A stretch of DNA of 64,000 bases from Bugula neritina (lineage: Eukaryota; Animalia; Bryozoa), in NCBI GenBank assembly GCA_964035545.1, contig OZ037768.1, positions 6,480,741 to 6,544,740 on the forward strand, written 5' to 3'. Every line of letters begins with the position of its first letter. Position 1 is the first letter of the stretch. Below the pieces are notes generated by a model. That model ran no database searches. It saw nothing but the letters and a program-made list of their open reading frames with translations, and was not told the origin of the DNA. Below are positions 1-13,371 of the stretch, in pieces. A program made the translations under genes and the position numbers.

Positions 1-282
1 AGATCAAACTTTGTGAAAATTGTAGCGTATAGGCAACGGTAGGGCAGTGCTATTTTTGTCAAGTATTGCAATGAAATGTTGCACAGTAAAATAATTGTAG
101 TTTACTGTTTTAAGAGCTTTATTTAACAAGTGTTGCAAAGAACTGCCAATTACTTCAATCACCCCAGGAGCCATTTAATTTTAAAAATAATCTTTGACTT
201 GGTCAAGCTATTGTCTTTAAACTATAGAAAATTTCCTTCAAGAGCACTAAAACTATGAATGAAACTAAACATTTAATAATTA

Positions 283-350
283 GGGTAGATAGATAGATTG
301 GTAGGTAGGTAGGTAGGCAGGCAGGTAGGTAGGTAGGTGTGTAGGTAGGT
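283..350. repeat. GATA/GGTA/GGCA tetranucleotide microsatellite
   Basis: Direct reading: (agat)n then (aggt)n/(aggc)n. Confidence 0.9.
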
Positions 351-521
351 ATTATTTAACCTCTTCATATATTTATCCATCTATCTCACTATCTGTCTGT
401 CTGTCTTTCTATCCATCTATCTACCTACCTACACATGTGTAGGTAGGTAGATAGATGGATAGAAAGACAGACAGACAGATAGAGAGATAGATGGATAAAT
501 ATATGAAGAGGTTAAATAATA
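350..521. repeat. 172-bp spacerless palindrome with one mismatch
   Basis: 350-435 is the reverse complement of 436-521, centred on acacatgtgt. Confidence 0.95.
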
Positions 522-2981
522 ATTACTCTCAATGACTGAAAATAATTGCACTAGCTATGGAAATAAAGAAAGAGATTTAACATAAACTGATTGAATTTCT
601 GGACTAGTTTTTATCTTCTTCACAAAAAACCATTCAAATTTGTATTTAGTATACTCCCAAAAGGTTTTCAAGAAAAATTCTATTGCCAAATAAACAAGTA
701 TGAGAAAGATTTTTCTGATGAAAGACGAGGGAGAGGGGGAGTTTTCCTGTCTACTAAATTAATTTTTTTGGGCTAATTGAATTCTTCTGAGGAGACAACC
801 CTCTAAACTGTTTCAATTAAAAGGGTGGAAGCAAGTTAATGCTTGACGCTTGTGGTTTAAAATTTTAAAAACATGCCGGATCGACATACAAACTTTCAAC
901 TATATAAAATATCGCTATTCTTACTCATTAATTCTAAACCAGATAGAATTCAATTTCAGATGTGAAAAAAATTAATCTGAACCTTTTATGACCTCAAATA
1001 AGAATAACCGAAAACTAGAGGGAGACAAGCAATAAATATGAGCCTTACATATCAAAATTATTACTTTTTATTTCTATGTATAAATTTGAAACCCAAACAT
1101 TTAACTTGACTCTTTTTTAAATGAGCTTGAGGGCAACAGACATTAAAAAATATCATAACTTTTAAATTAAATACTTCTTTGCTATTTTTATATTTCCGAT
1201 ATAGCATTAAGCCTGCATAAGTTTTTTATTTTCTTTTGCAACAGAGTGAAAAGGAACTAAAAATCGTTCCCATCTCTAATAAAATTTATAAATTTTTTGC
1301 TATAGCAGAGCAATATTATAAAATTGCTCCCCTGAGAAGATTTACTGGCATTACTAGTTCCAGGCTATTTTAGTGTCAGGTGAATCACCGGAAGATAGCA
1401 TACAATGAGCATCACGCTATATAATTGTTATACTTGGATCACCACGCAAGCAAGAGTAAAATCTGAACACTAAATAACAGAGTTCACTCTGCTACATCAA
1501 GGAGTAAGGTTTATAGGACTCGGCTGTATATATACTATAACTACTCTATGCTACCTTACTAGAGCATCTTAATGTAGAATAATATAATTTCATGCATTAT
1601 TAGATACTTTAAACTATGAATGCTTTATAAGCTGCATTCAACATAAACGATCAAACCAAACCTGGTCAAATAATAATGCTGTTTATTTTTCTGTATTTGT
1701 AGGGTCTAGACTCAAGAGAATGAACCTTAGGGCTAGCTAGTACATGAGAGAGGGTTATAAGTTCACACTCCCCATCCAACTGAGAGAACACACTCTAACA
1801 GTGCCAAGATCTAGCGCAGCACTCAATAGCAGACTCGCAGGGCAAGCAATGCCCCTACAGAGTTGGCCAGCAGGGGAATGGTAGTGAGATACAGGCATTG
1901 ACTGCTTGGATATAACACACACTGCTCTCCGTTATATATCAGATATTTTTATGTAGACTACAATTGATTATATGCTTGTCCTTAAAAAGTCCATAAGAGA
2001 AATGATAACCAATGCTAGGTGACAGAGTTACATAACCATAGGTGAGCTTAGTGTAGCAAGTTTTTTCTAATACAACCCAGTGATTTATTAACCCTTTGAC
2101 CTCCTACAGTGTGAACTTTAACCCTTTTATACAACCAGGCAAACTTACAAGTATTTTTTTAACTGTTCAAATGAAACTAATTTAAGACATTATTTTGTAA
2201 TCAATGCATTTTAATGCAAACTAATTAAGCAACTAGAAAAATCTTTAATTCAATCTTAATCACTTGTTTTTAACAGTTACAGGGAAATTGTCACCAACTG
2301 TATATGTCTATTTGCAATTTACGTTTTAATGCTGACTACAAAAAACCAGGAAGTCATTAGAACACCCCACGCAGGTACACATGCTGTGTAAATGTTGCAA
2401 ACGTGCAGGCTATGTTGATGTTAAGCATATATTGCTGCAGGATATTATGCAGCCTAATTAAAGTGACACAAGTAATGAATTATATGAGCCTGCCCTGCCC
2501 CCACTCAATGCAAAGCATTTTATTGCCAACAGGAGACTATGACAATTGTTATTAACACCATATACAAGATTCCACACGTGTAAATCATTTCTTAAACTTT
2601 TTATGAAAATGACTTTTTCTTTGTAATTTTTCTAAAACATCTAATAAAATTGATTTATATCAGACTACAGTTCACTTTCAGGTTCACTGTAAACACAGCC
2701 AGTCTACCAGTAACTAAGATATGAACAGAGCTGAAACAAATTGATGAAATGCTTTAAGTATTTCTGGCTGCCCTTAGTTTTCTTAGTATGATTAAGAAAA
2801 TTAATCATTAGAAACATCAAAAGAATTGATCAAAATAAATTAAAACCACTAAAATTTAGCACAGGCAAAATATATACCAGAACAAGCATCTTTAGAGAAG
2901 TACATAAAATAGTATAATTGTAGAGAGAGACAACTCCCAATACACAAAACAAAATGCTGTGGCATGAACTGAAATACTTAC

Positions 2982-5900
2982 AGAAACATTGGGCTGCTTT
3001 TCACTAAAATCAGCGCTGCCAGGGAGCTCTTCTGACTTGCGGTGTGCTCCGGGAAACCATTTACCATTTCCGTGACTCTTGATATGGTTTTTCAGGTGGT
3101 CACTTCTGAAATGTTAAAACTAGAATGTTTGTTTATTAAAAAACAAACTTGAGTAATTTATATATTAGTAATTACTACATACCCTGTATACCATTTACAA
3201 CTAAAGGATGGTATCTTGCATGTAAGAGTATTCAATACAAAATATTAAATTTTTCACAAGGAGTTATCTTCTCACTGGCTATGAATAATAACACTAACAA
3301 CTCTTAATTAAAATGCATGAAAATCTCCATCTTGACTAAAAGTATCCCAAATACAGTTCCCCACTTCAGAGTACGGTTACTGGTTACCAGAAGAAGTTAT
3401 TTGGAAAATATAATAATAATAATAATACGTGCCTTGAAAATGCAGCGTTACAAAGTGTACACTTGTAATTCCTGTCTCCGGTATGAAGCTTCATATGTCT
3501 GTCTCTGCTACGTTTATGCCGGAACTCTCTTTGACAAAACTCGCACTGATAAGGCATCTCATCACTGTGAATCTACAGTTAAATTGTGCTTACTACTATA
3601 ACTACATATTAACAGTAAACGTTTCCAATTTAAATAAATAGTTCAGTTAATTACATTAATAACCATAATCTGTATGAAATATTTTTACAGATTAGCACAG
3701 TAAAAAAACACAACGTATATCATACATAGTATACTCTAGAGTCTAGACTGAATTAATTCAAGAGTTGTCCTACATAAAAAATAAATGTTAGGAGAGGATA
3801 ACTACCAGATTACAACTGTGGCACCCAATTAGTAATGGACTACATAAATGATATACAACTACTGCAGAAAACCATTAAATTTATTAAGCAGATTAAAAAA
3901 GCGACATCTCTAACAATTTCTAAAATGTATAAAAGTGAAAAATAACACCAGCTGAAGTCATAAGAATAATGGCTACTAAAGCATTTCAGCAAGGAACGTG
4001 TATATTTTATGTATTCTGAAAACATAGCACATAATCAATGTTTAGTTTGTCGTGGATATTTGCAAAGCTGGGCACAATGCCTGTACATGCATATCAGCAC
4101 AAGGACACATGGGATGTGCAAAAAGCAAAACCTTAGACCATGTGCCCCTCATGGGGCATTATTAGGTCTAATTAGCGAGTGGAAAAGTGACTAACCACAT
4201 TTGGCACTTGACTCAAGAGATGCTCCAGTATTGACAGTACAAATTACTTACTCAGTTTAGTTGTGGAGAGCCTGAAGCCACCTTGCATGTTTATATGTAC
4301 TTTATTATTATAACAACTAATCAGCTAATATACTTTAGATATATACATGTAGTGTATTACATTAATTAATATATTTTAAACTAAGGGTAGTGACACTAGC
4401 GTACATCCTGCTGAGGGTTAAGATAAGTGTGAGCCTGCTGTTAGTTCATACCTGGCTTAAGCCACAGGCATTACTCTTTTACTGCATTTCTATTGCTTGC
4501 AAATGGATGCTTGTATGAATGGATTTGTGGATAAACTTATGGTTGTTGTTTCATTCGATGTAACTATTTCCAAACATTGAATAAAAAATCCACTTGCACA
4601 ATGTGCATAGAAGCTTGGAAATGTAGTGTTACATTTTTAACAGAAATGTTTAGTACATAGGAACTTGGCTGAGCAAAAGCTAACACTGGTAATGTTATGC
4701 TATACATGAGTAAAATATTCTGTTCTTGCACACACCAAGTACTAGCTGATGTCTAAAGAGTCATGCTAGCTGGGATTGGTCTTTGACGCAGAACTTTGAA
4801 CAGTTGGTGTGACAATTCCCTAATGTACAGTATGTCAAAGCCATCTGATAATATTAACAAATCCCTTATCTCATAAATTATGGAGCACACCAATGTTGTG
4901 ATAAAAGAAATATGCATCTAGAATACTAATCTCAAAGGATTGCTTCTGTTGGGGTTATATATATGTATATCACATACTTTATAGGTTGTAGTAACCACAA
5001 CCTAGTTGTACTTTAATATTCATATTACTCATAGAAGGCATACTTATTACTTATAGAAGATTTACATATTATTTATAGAAGGCGTACATATTATTCATAG
5101 AAAGTATACATATTACTTATAGAAGGCAAACATATTACTCATAGAAGGCATGCATATTACTTATTACTATAATAATTCTTATATAATATAAAAATGTGAC
5201 AGCCAGTTGATCTGAAAAGCTTTAGAGATGCTTTGGTGCAACATAATAAATTTACAAGTGCACAGTTAACTACATTTACTATAATATAGTTATTCAAACC
5301 TTTAAAAAGGTCACATATTGTTTTGTCTAAATAATGTAATGTGAGAATATTAACTCTAGTAAACATTGAGCCATCTTGCTGACACAAACTTGTGCTGCCT
5401 GCCTAATGATACTATAGATTAACATAATAACTTATAGAATCTGCTTTCAGTACAACTCCCAAGCTGATGTGCCAGACACATAAACACACAGTATTGGATG
5501 GGAAGTTAGAGCTGTTTACAGACACTATAGAGCATGGAGCACTATTCTCTACTATTCAACATACCAATTCATGGTCCTTGACATAGCTAAATTTAGAAAA
5601 TGCTTTCTCACAGTAGGAACAGGGGTAAGGAAACTCTTTGCTGCCGGTGCCACTACCCAACTGAGACGATGACTTTGGTGCGTCGGATGTGCTGTCTTCT
5701 GAATCACTTTCAGCATACAGCTATAAATAGAATGTAACTGACTACAGAACTCCTAGCAGCAGTATATAATAGTACGTCAATTCAATGATGTGACCCCAAA
5801 TGGCTACTATACTATGCTACCATTTCAAAATTATCATATTTTTAGAGATATTAAAGAATGACTCATTCATTTGAATGTGTTACTATATATTCACAAAATA

Positions 5901-8479
5901 GAGTATTTAACTATAATGCTACTTTCATGGTAAACTTATTTAGTAACATTAAACTTTTACTTTCAGTCATTTCATCAAAAATAATTTTTAATTTAATCTT
6001 AGACATAATATATCAATAATTTGTGTTAGTAAGTCATGATCCACAATCTAATTGGATAGATGAAAATAAATACTTATATAGTTGCTACTTTTAAAGTTTT
6101 ACGGAAAAGATATGCTTCAAATTAATGTTCGGATTCATAACAAAGAAGATCATGTGTTGGAATTATAGACCAACAACTATAAATTTATATCATTTCAAAG
6201 TGTAATTATACAATTACTATACTTAACAAAAAAGTGAGTAAAACTTTTAAGTTCAAGGAGTTTCATAGAAGTTAACATGCGAGCATAAGAATAAATATAA
6301 TATAAATATATGTTATTATGCTAACCACTGGAGACACACTTGGTTTTTCAGTTAGACATGTGTTAGACTTTGGAGTGGCGGCCATAGACTCGGGGTCGGA
6401 ATTCACTTCACCTGTTCAAAATTCAACAAATGATCAGAGCCACCATTAAAGAAGCATTTGGAAAAGACTTGGGTATTAGCAGTAGCTGCGTCGCTTGTGC
6501 ACTTAGAGTGAGCCACACAGGGATCTACTAAAAGAGAAAATTTAATTTATTTAGCTATAATATTGCAAGTTTCATTTCTCAAGGGATGGAGGGAGTGATG
6601 AAGATTTGATGAAAACCAATAATAACTACTAGAAAGTTACGGGTTGCATGCTCTATTCAAGTTTATACTTCTTTAGTTAAAATAGATTATATATAGGGAG
6701 GAGTCCCACGGGGCAGGCCATGCTTGGGTTATCAATGATCACTTTATTAATTATATTATTAGAGTTTTATAGAGCCTATCCAAAGGGAATGGAGTGAAAG
6801 GGATAAGATTCTAGCAATTATCTTTTATGAAAGCAGCCATTTCACAAAGCAAACCCAAATTTTACAAAAGAGCAAACATCTGTGAAGTACCAAGGGAGTA
6901 GAAGGAAGGAAAGCTAGTGGTCTAACATTCATACCACCCCAGTTGGCTCAAACAACAAACTTTATTTCATGAGAGTGTCTTTTCACATCTCTGTGAATAA
7001 ACCTAATTAGTCATAACAAGCTATAAGGAGGTTTCGTCTTTGAACAACTCTCCATGGAATAGACAGAGGTGTTTCTCACCTGTGAGGTAAATCAGATGGT
7101 GGGGGATGGAACTGTATGCTACGTATGAAATTGGCTTTAAGAAAATCAAACTAGCATTTTTCTAGAACAGATGAATTTAAACAAATTTCTATTTTTATTT
7201 CTATTAGGTTAAAGAAATACAATAAATACAAACCATCATCTCCAGAGAATGGTGCAGGGCTTGAACAATCTTCAGACACCTCTATAACAAAATATGGACT
7301 GCTACACGACTAGCATAATAACTTGTATACGTCAAAGTTAATTAATGCATAAAACTATATTTTAATTAAATATTATATAATTTGATTTGATGTAATAATA
7401 AATTTAAATAGTCACCATCAAATTTATTTTAATGCATATTATTATGAAACTGCAAAACTCTTTTCTTTAAAATCGCAATAAAAAGTATGGCTATTGTAGA
7501 AATTAGTCTCAAAAGATATATTTTCAATAATAGTACATTATGTTAACACCAAATATAACAAGCCATGAAATGGCCAAGACAAGTTTGACAGTTTGATGCA
7601 AATGCTATATATATTCATTTTAAGAATGGGGTTTTGTAGTGCTGCAACAATTCAGTTATAAAATAATGTTAAGCTGAGGTATATACTGGTGGAGCACAGG
7701 CTAAATATAACATGCTGAGAAGTAAATTGCTATTCCGACACACATCAGTGCCAGTGGCCACATGGGGTCATGTCAGTTGCTAATTGATAACACATAACAC
7801 ACTGTCCATAAGAGCTTCAACTGCTGTGCCGTCACAGTGGGATGCCAAATAATTTTAGTGTTTCAAGAAGCTAATAATTCTACATTGTGTGTCAAGCTGA
7901 GCTTTTCAGCATCATTGGTGATGTAAACACGGCTCAGCAAATCAAGGAGTTGGTAATAGCACAAGCATAGCAGGAATTTTAAATACCAATCATAAACATA
8001 ACTGCTTGTTTAGTAATATTTGTAAATAAATAGCTTCTCTCTCCTTACTATACCTCTGCACCGAAATTGTAATTATAAAATACATTAATTGCTCAAGTTG
8101 AATGTAATCACAAACCGATATTTGTCTTCTCTGTTTTTTCAAGTTCATCATTCACTTTGCAACTTTCATCTTGACTCTCTACAGCAATATCAGGTTCATC
8201 TACATCTGCGAAATTGCAAACATTTTATCATATTGTATTATATATTTAACATTAAGATTATATTACATTATAATAATGCTGAACAAAATATACGAATTTC
8301 AAATGCTGTGGGCACTATAATTAGGGAATTACAATGGTAATTTAAATGTGACAAAGCTTACAGCACAGACCTCGAGATAACATTGAAACAAGCTGGTACA
8401 TGATATACTAACTGGTTGAAAAGTCTAGAACTTTACCTTTAAAAGATCTGGGGTTACTCTGCTTTCTTCTAGACGCCAT
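2982..8479 (-). CDS. ZNF423: ZNF423/ZNF521 (Oaz)-like C2H2 zinc-finger protein, multi-exon; 3' end uncertain
   Basis: Phase-consistent exons 8479-8437, 8205-8116, 7281-7234, 6411-6326, 5720-5565, 3572-3433 and 3105-2982. They translate to [14 protein letters not shown]...[81 protein letters not shown]. The segment [15 protein letters not shown]...AAFSRSDHLK matches fingers 2-4 of vertebrate ZNF423/ZNF521 as I recall them. Missed by the ORF track. Confidence 0.88.
5021..5162. repeat. Degenerate ~22-bp tandem repeat (catattactcatagaaggcata), about 6 copies, intronic
   Basis: Direct reading. Confidence 0.85.
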
Positions 8480-9289
8480 CTGCAAGTTTACAGTTATAAT
8501 CATTAAATAAATTGTAATTGTAGAATAAACATCTAAAATAAATATAAAACTGAAATATAATACAATTATAGTCTATCAAAAAAGGCAAACTCTGAGACTG
8601 AGACATGCAGAGCTTGAAGTTGGCTCAATTTAAACAAGGAAGATTTCTTCAGGAAATAACTCAATAGGTAATGTACGAAACTAAGAAATATATCAATGTT
8701 AAAATCAATACAATTATACCAGATTTTAGAATCAACATAGGCTATAGAAGAACCAACATTATTTTAGAAAATGGTGCCATAAGTTAAACTGACATAACCA
8801 GACATGGAACCATTTTTTCTTCAAACTCTGCCATATTTACAAATAAGCATACAAACAGTACTAATATATATTAATATTTTGATATTGGTTATTTGTAGAC
8901 TACACCTTAAAAACCAGCACAAGGTAACTTTTAGCCATACAAGACTGTTGATGTGTAAGCAATTATTAAAAATTCAATTGTCAAGATATTTTTGGTAAGA
9001 TGTAATTTTGTAAACATTGCATTACCTATCCATCACTACCAGCATAACATATTTTACAACACTCAACAGTATTAATGACAACATAGTGTCATGTATAAGT
9101 ACTACAGTAAAACATAATAATAATATTTTTCTAGTATTAGGGAAAACTTTTTAGGTCATAAACATAAGTTATGATGTACACAGTTATGCTAATAAGACTT
9201 AGTACCAGCATGATTAACAAAACCTCCAAGTGTTGGTCTCTAAGGTTTAAGGGTCTCAAGGCCCCATCTCTTTACAAACAAAGAAAATA

Positions 9290-12200
9290 TGTGACCTGGC
9301 ACCACAAACCAGGGGATGTATATAAAATGTTGAAAATCTAGTTATTACTATGGAGTGATAGAGCAGATTTTTTCAGACATTTTGCACTTTATTTGAAGTC
9401 TCTAGCACAAATAGAACTTGAGATATCAGTATTTGAAAACTTCAACGTTTTTAGAATTTCTAAATTAGTGTTTCGAGAAAATCGCGTTTAAAGTTGGCAA
9501 CTCTAGAATAAGTTGAGAATTATTTGTTTACAACTTACAAGCCTTAGCAACAGGTCTTTGTATACTAGGAATAGTGACAAATTTGGTATCAAAATAATTG
9601 TGAAAGTTTGGGCTTTCTCTCAAACTAAATTTCATGCTGCCTCAACATAAAATTAGGTCAAATATGGCCGCCAAACTTTTTGTCTAATTTATTTGTAAAT
9701 TCGCTTTTTACTTTGTTTAATGGTTGAAAGGTTCAACAATTCCAGCAAAGAAGAGGATGTTTCAGCAAGTTTATGTGTTGAGATATTTAAATTAGGCATC
9801 CAAGTTAGCAGGAAGTCATATAAAACAAAATGGCAGCCGCTTCCTCTTATACATTGAATATCTCCCTCTCCTCCAATATATTGTGTAATATATCAAACTG
9901 CAGCTATTGAGCTGTGCTATTTCATAACTATTGCTTCATGAGTAGAACACTTTTGAGAAAATTATTTGACTATTATGAGATCATGCGAGATTTATTCATA
10001 AATATCTTTATAATCTCTAATGGCAACTAAATTTAGCAATTGATTTAGCTGAGATGTTGAAAATATGAACATAAAATCAGCTATTAGAACTTTTGAGTTT
10101 TATTAGGCATTAATATATTTTACATTTAAAACACCAAATACATTATTTTAAAAAAACTAATTAAATGCAGTAAAAAATCCAGTCTGGATACAACCATTAT
10201 GCTTGAATTAACTCTAATCAAGAAAAGAAAATTAGGTAGCTTCTACGGTTTTTGCAAAAAAGGCACTTTTCATCTTTCTACTTCTTTGGTCTTCATAACA
10301 TGAGTTTACGGAGTATGGACACATAACACCATGCATGTGGCAAAAGCTTCATCACTATCATCAGCTGATTTTCTAGCAATTGTAGATGCTGCTACTTGAC
10401 ATCCATCCTGCCAATCTACCCACTTATTGTCTATTCCAGAGCTGCAAGTACAATGTTGACTTTTTTAAATAACAAAAGGAAACGGTAGCTTGATTAGAAA
10501 TTATACCCAGTTACATTATAAAAATTTATTGGCTAAACACTCTTGTGGTACTATTATGGCAGCAGTTAATTGTGATCCTGCATTTCATCAACGTTTAAAT
10601 TTATTGAAATAAACAGAACAATTTAAATTAAAAAAATTCTTGAAAATTTTCAAGCACATCATTAAAAGACTGCAAACCTTTTTATGAATGAAATAAGCAG
10701 AAGCCATAACCTTGCAAGCCAACATTCAGAGTGTCTACATTAGAAGTATTAGATTGATAGGTAGTAGAGTTGTGTAGGTATAAGCCTTCACTCTAATGCC
10801 CTTACAAGTCCACTTTCTAAAATGTATAGAATATCGGATTATTCTATATTAACATAGTATTATCAGTAAAATTACACATTATGCACTTGAATATCTAGGA
10901 TATTTGCAATTGGCAATTTTGAAGCAATGTCTATTAACCACTCAAGCATTTAATTGAGTAAAAAAGCTAGCTAAGTGCAACTGAATCTATTAAAGACATT
11001 TACTATAAAATCAATTTGAATTCAATAAACTACTTTAAAATATAAATACATTTTTGCTCATCTTTTCTAATAAAATTAAAAAGTTTAGACTATTTATGCA
11101 TTCAGTTAGTGTTAATACTCACTAAATAAGACTAAAAGTAACTTACTGAAAAACTAAGTCAGTCAACTATAGAATCATCATCATCATTAATATTTCATCA
11201 TTATACTCATTTACATTTAATCACATTTACCATTTCAATTTGGTTCTAGGTGATGATTTTATCAATATAAATATGATTATCAATTGAGTTTTGACAGTAA
11301 CTGTAAGTCTGCATAATGTGATGAAAATTTTATCATTATATTTTAAATCAAACTTTGAGCTAATTTAAAAATTACAACAAAAAAATGGTAGTTTGACTAG
11401 TAGGCCTAATGTTTATGTTAATAGTAACAGTAATCAGTAACTGTATTGACAAAATCTAAGAGAGTTACTAAGACACAGGCTAAAAGTAAAAGTTACTAAG
11501 AGTAAGTCCAATGTAAATTGAAATATCAACTATAGAATAAATTAATAAATATAATACTATCAGTATGAGTATCAAGTTTTAAGACCGAAGGCGAAACTCA
11601 GAGTCAGACTCAAATGGTGAATTTATGATTATTAATTACTTATAGTTATAGTTATACTTATACTATTAATATTAAGAGCTACATTTGGTTTTACTACCAA
11701 ATACCAGTATCAGCAAATCATGAATGATATTCATTATGATTATCATTATGAGTAACCGTACCTCAAACTGTGAGTAATAGTGAGAGTCATTTAAATAGTT
11801 ACTAGTACTACTAGTATTAGTCTAGTATAGAATAGAATAGAGTCAATAGTATAGACATACTGATACTCCTAGCGATAGTATAAATATCAATAAATTGTTA
11901 ACTACAAATTATCTTGGCAACAATTCTAAGTTAGTAGCGTAAATGATTGTTTTGACTATAATTACCTGTATTGCTGTGATTTTCAAGCTTGAACGCTAAA
12001 GATAAAGATTAAGTTCAGCATTTATCACTAAAGGGCAAAACAGCTCAGTAACTTAAAAGCTAACTTTGGATGGAGCGCGATGAAAAACTGAAACTAGCCT
12101 TCGATTTTAAATAGGATGCTTCTGACAATACGAAGAAAGGGGTGTAAGCTAAATTCATTTGACAAAAATAAATTTGCAAGATCTCATGCTATGAAAATGA

Positions 12201-12483
12201 CTAAAATTGTCGTCTTTCTTTATTTGATAACTTCGCAATTTTTTCATCATTTAAAAAATTGAATGCCTTAGTTACCAACTTTAAATGCAATTTTAGAGCT
12301 GAAGGAATCATCAAATGCTTACGAAAGTATGATTTTTGAAATCCTTGGATTTTTTTGTATTAGAGAAGTTTAAAATCTAAAAATTGGAAATTAATTTCAA
12401 ATTTAAGTATTTCCAAATTAAACCTTCATTTACTACACTTTATAAACACCGCCACATCCCCGGTTTTGTCGCGACTGGTCACA
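9290..12483. mobile_element. Non-autonomous or decayed DNA transposon with imperfect TIRs, superfamily unassigned
   Basis: Left end TGTGACCTGGCACCACAAACCAGGGGATGT versus right end reverse complement TGTGACCAGTCGCGACAAAACCGGGGATGT. TA flanks both sides (9288-9289, 12484-12485). A subterminal inverted motif aaaatYgcRtttaaagttgg occurs at ~9477 and ~12274. No intact transposase. Confidence 0.7.
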
Positions 12484-13089
12484 TATTATGAGTACCGGTA
12501 GATTAAATTATAGTAGATAAAGTTTATGCTTATCATTATGTTTGAGTTTATTATACCTATCTAACTACATTTTTAATTTGTGAAGTTTAAAAATAAATGG
12601 AAAATGGAACATGGAATTACTATATTAAATTTATCTGTAGGTATAATAACAATAACAGCAATATAAAGTGTTTTCTGGGTTCAATTGTTGCTCTATGTCA
12701 TTTAATAATAGTTACTATATACACTTACAGTCAAATTATAATCATAATGATTTAAATGAGAAATATAAATATTTACTTGTGTTTATAGCAAGCTTATATT
12801 CTCAGCTAACAGTGACACATCCAATCCAGTTTGACTTGGCATTAACTTCTAGTTCTCTTTGCGATCACCATGAATCCCAGTAGTAACTGTAAGCGTATTT
12901 TTAGACTTCGTATTACTATTAGTATTAGTATTACTATAAATAGTTCGCCGTGCTTCACTGAAAGTCAGACAATTACAACCTTCCTCGTGAGTTTAATAAA
13001 ATCAGAAAGCAAGTATGTAAAACTGAGCAGAGTAACTTTCAATGAGAGTTCAAACAGAGGATATAAATTCAACTCTCCAGGGATCTTCT

Positions 13090-13371
13090 ATTGATAATAA
13101 CAAACAAGTCAATTGGCGAATTGCGGCTTTGGCCGCGCCTAATGAGCTTTCGAGCATGCCATGCTAAATTTCAAACAACTTGATCTAAATGTTCGCGGCA
13201 TGTTTCTACACACTAAAACTCTAGACCAATGAAAATTTGAAATCGCAATCAGCTCCGCCGTTTTTAAATCGGTAGCCTTCAAGCAAGCATAATAGTGAAA
13301 CGGCAACTTAAAAAGCTTACAAACTACTGTTATACTTTAAGGTGATTCGTCAAGCGCTATGCTCGCTCAAA
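13090..13371. promoter_or_regulatory. Putative bidirectional promoter between the ZNF423-like gene (-) and ZNF341 (+)
   Basis: CpG-containing island in otherwise CpG-poor DNA, with ATTGG (~13112), CCAAT (~13226) and a YY1-type CAAAATGGCG overlapping the ZNF341 ATG. A candidate minus-strand 5'-UTR donor AAG|GTTGTA lies at 12980/12979. Confidence 0.55.

Noticed and set aside
1690-1930. GC-richer block as a further Oaz-like exon
   Set aside because: I found no finger-like translation or in-phase exon on the minus strand. It may be UTR, enhancer or repeat.
6412-6527. Upstream acceptor extending the Oaz-like exon ([10 protein letters not shown]...)
   Set aside because: It adds 116 nt, shifting the frame to a TGA. 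The rescuing intron would be only ~30 nt. It may be noise or a poison variant, with no further support.
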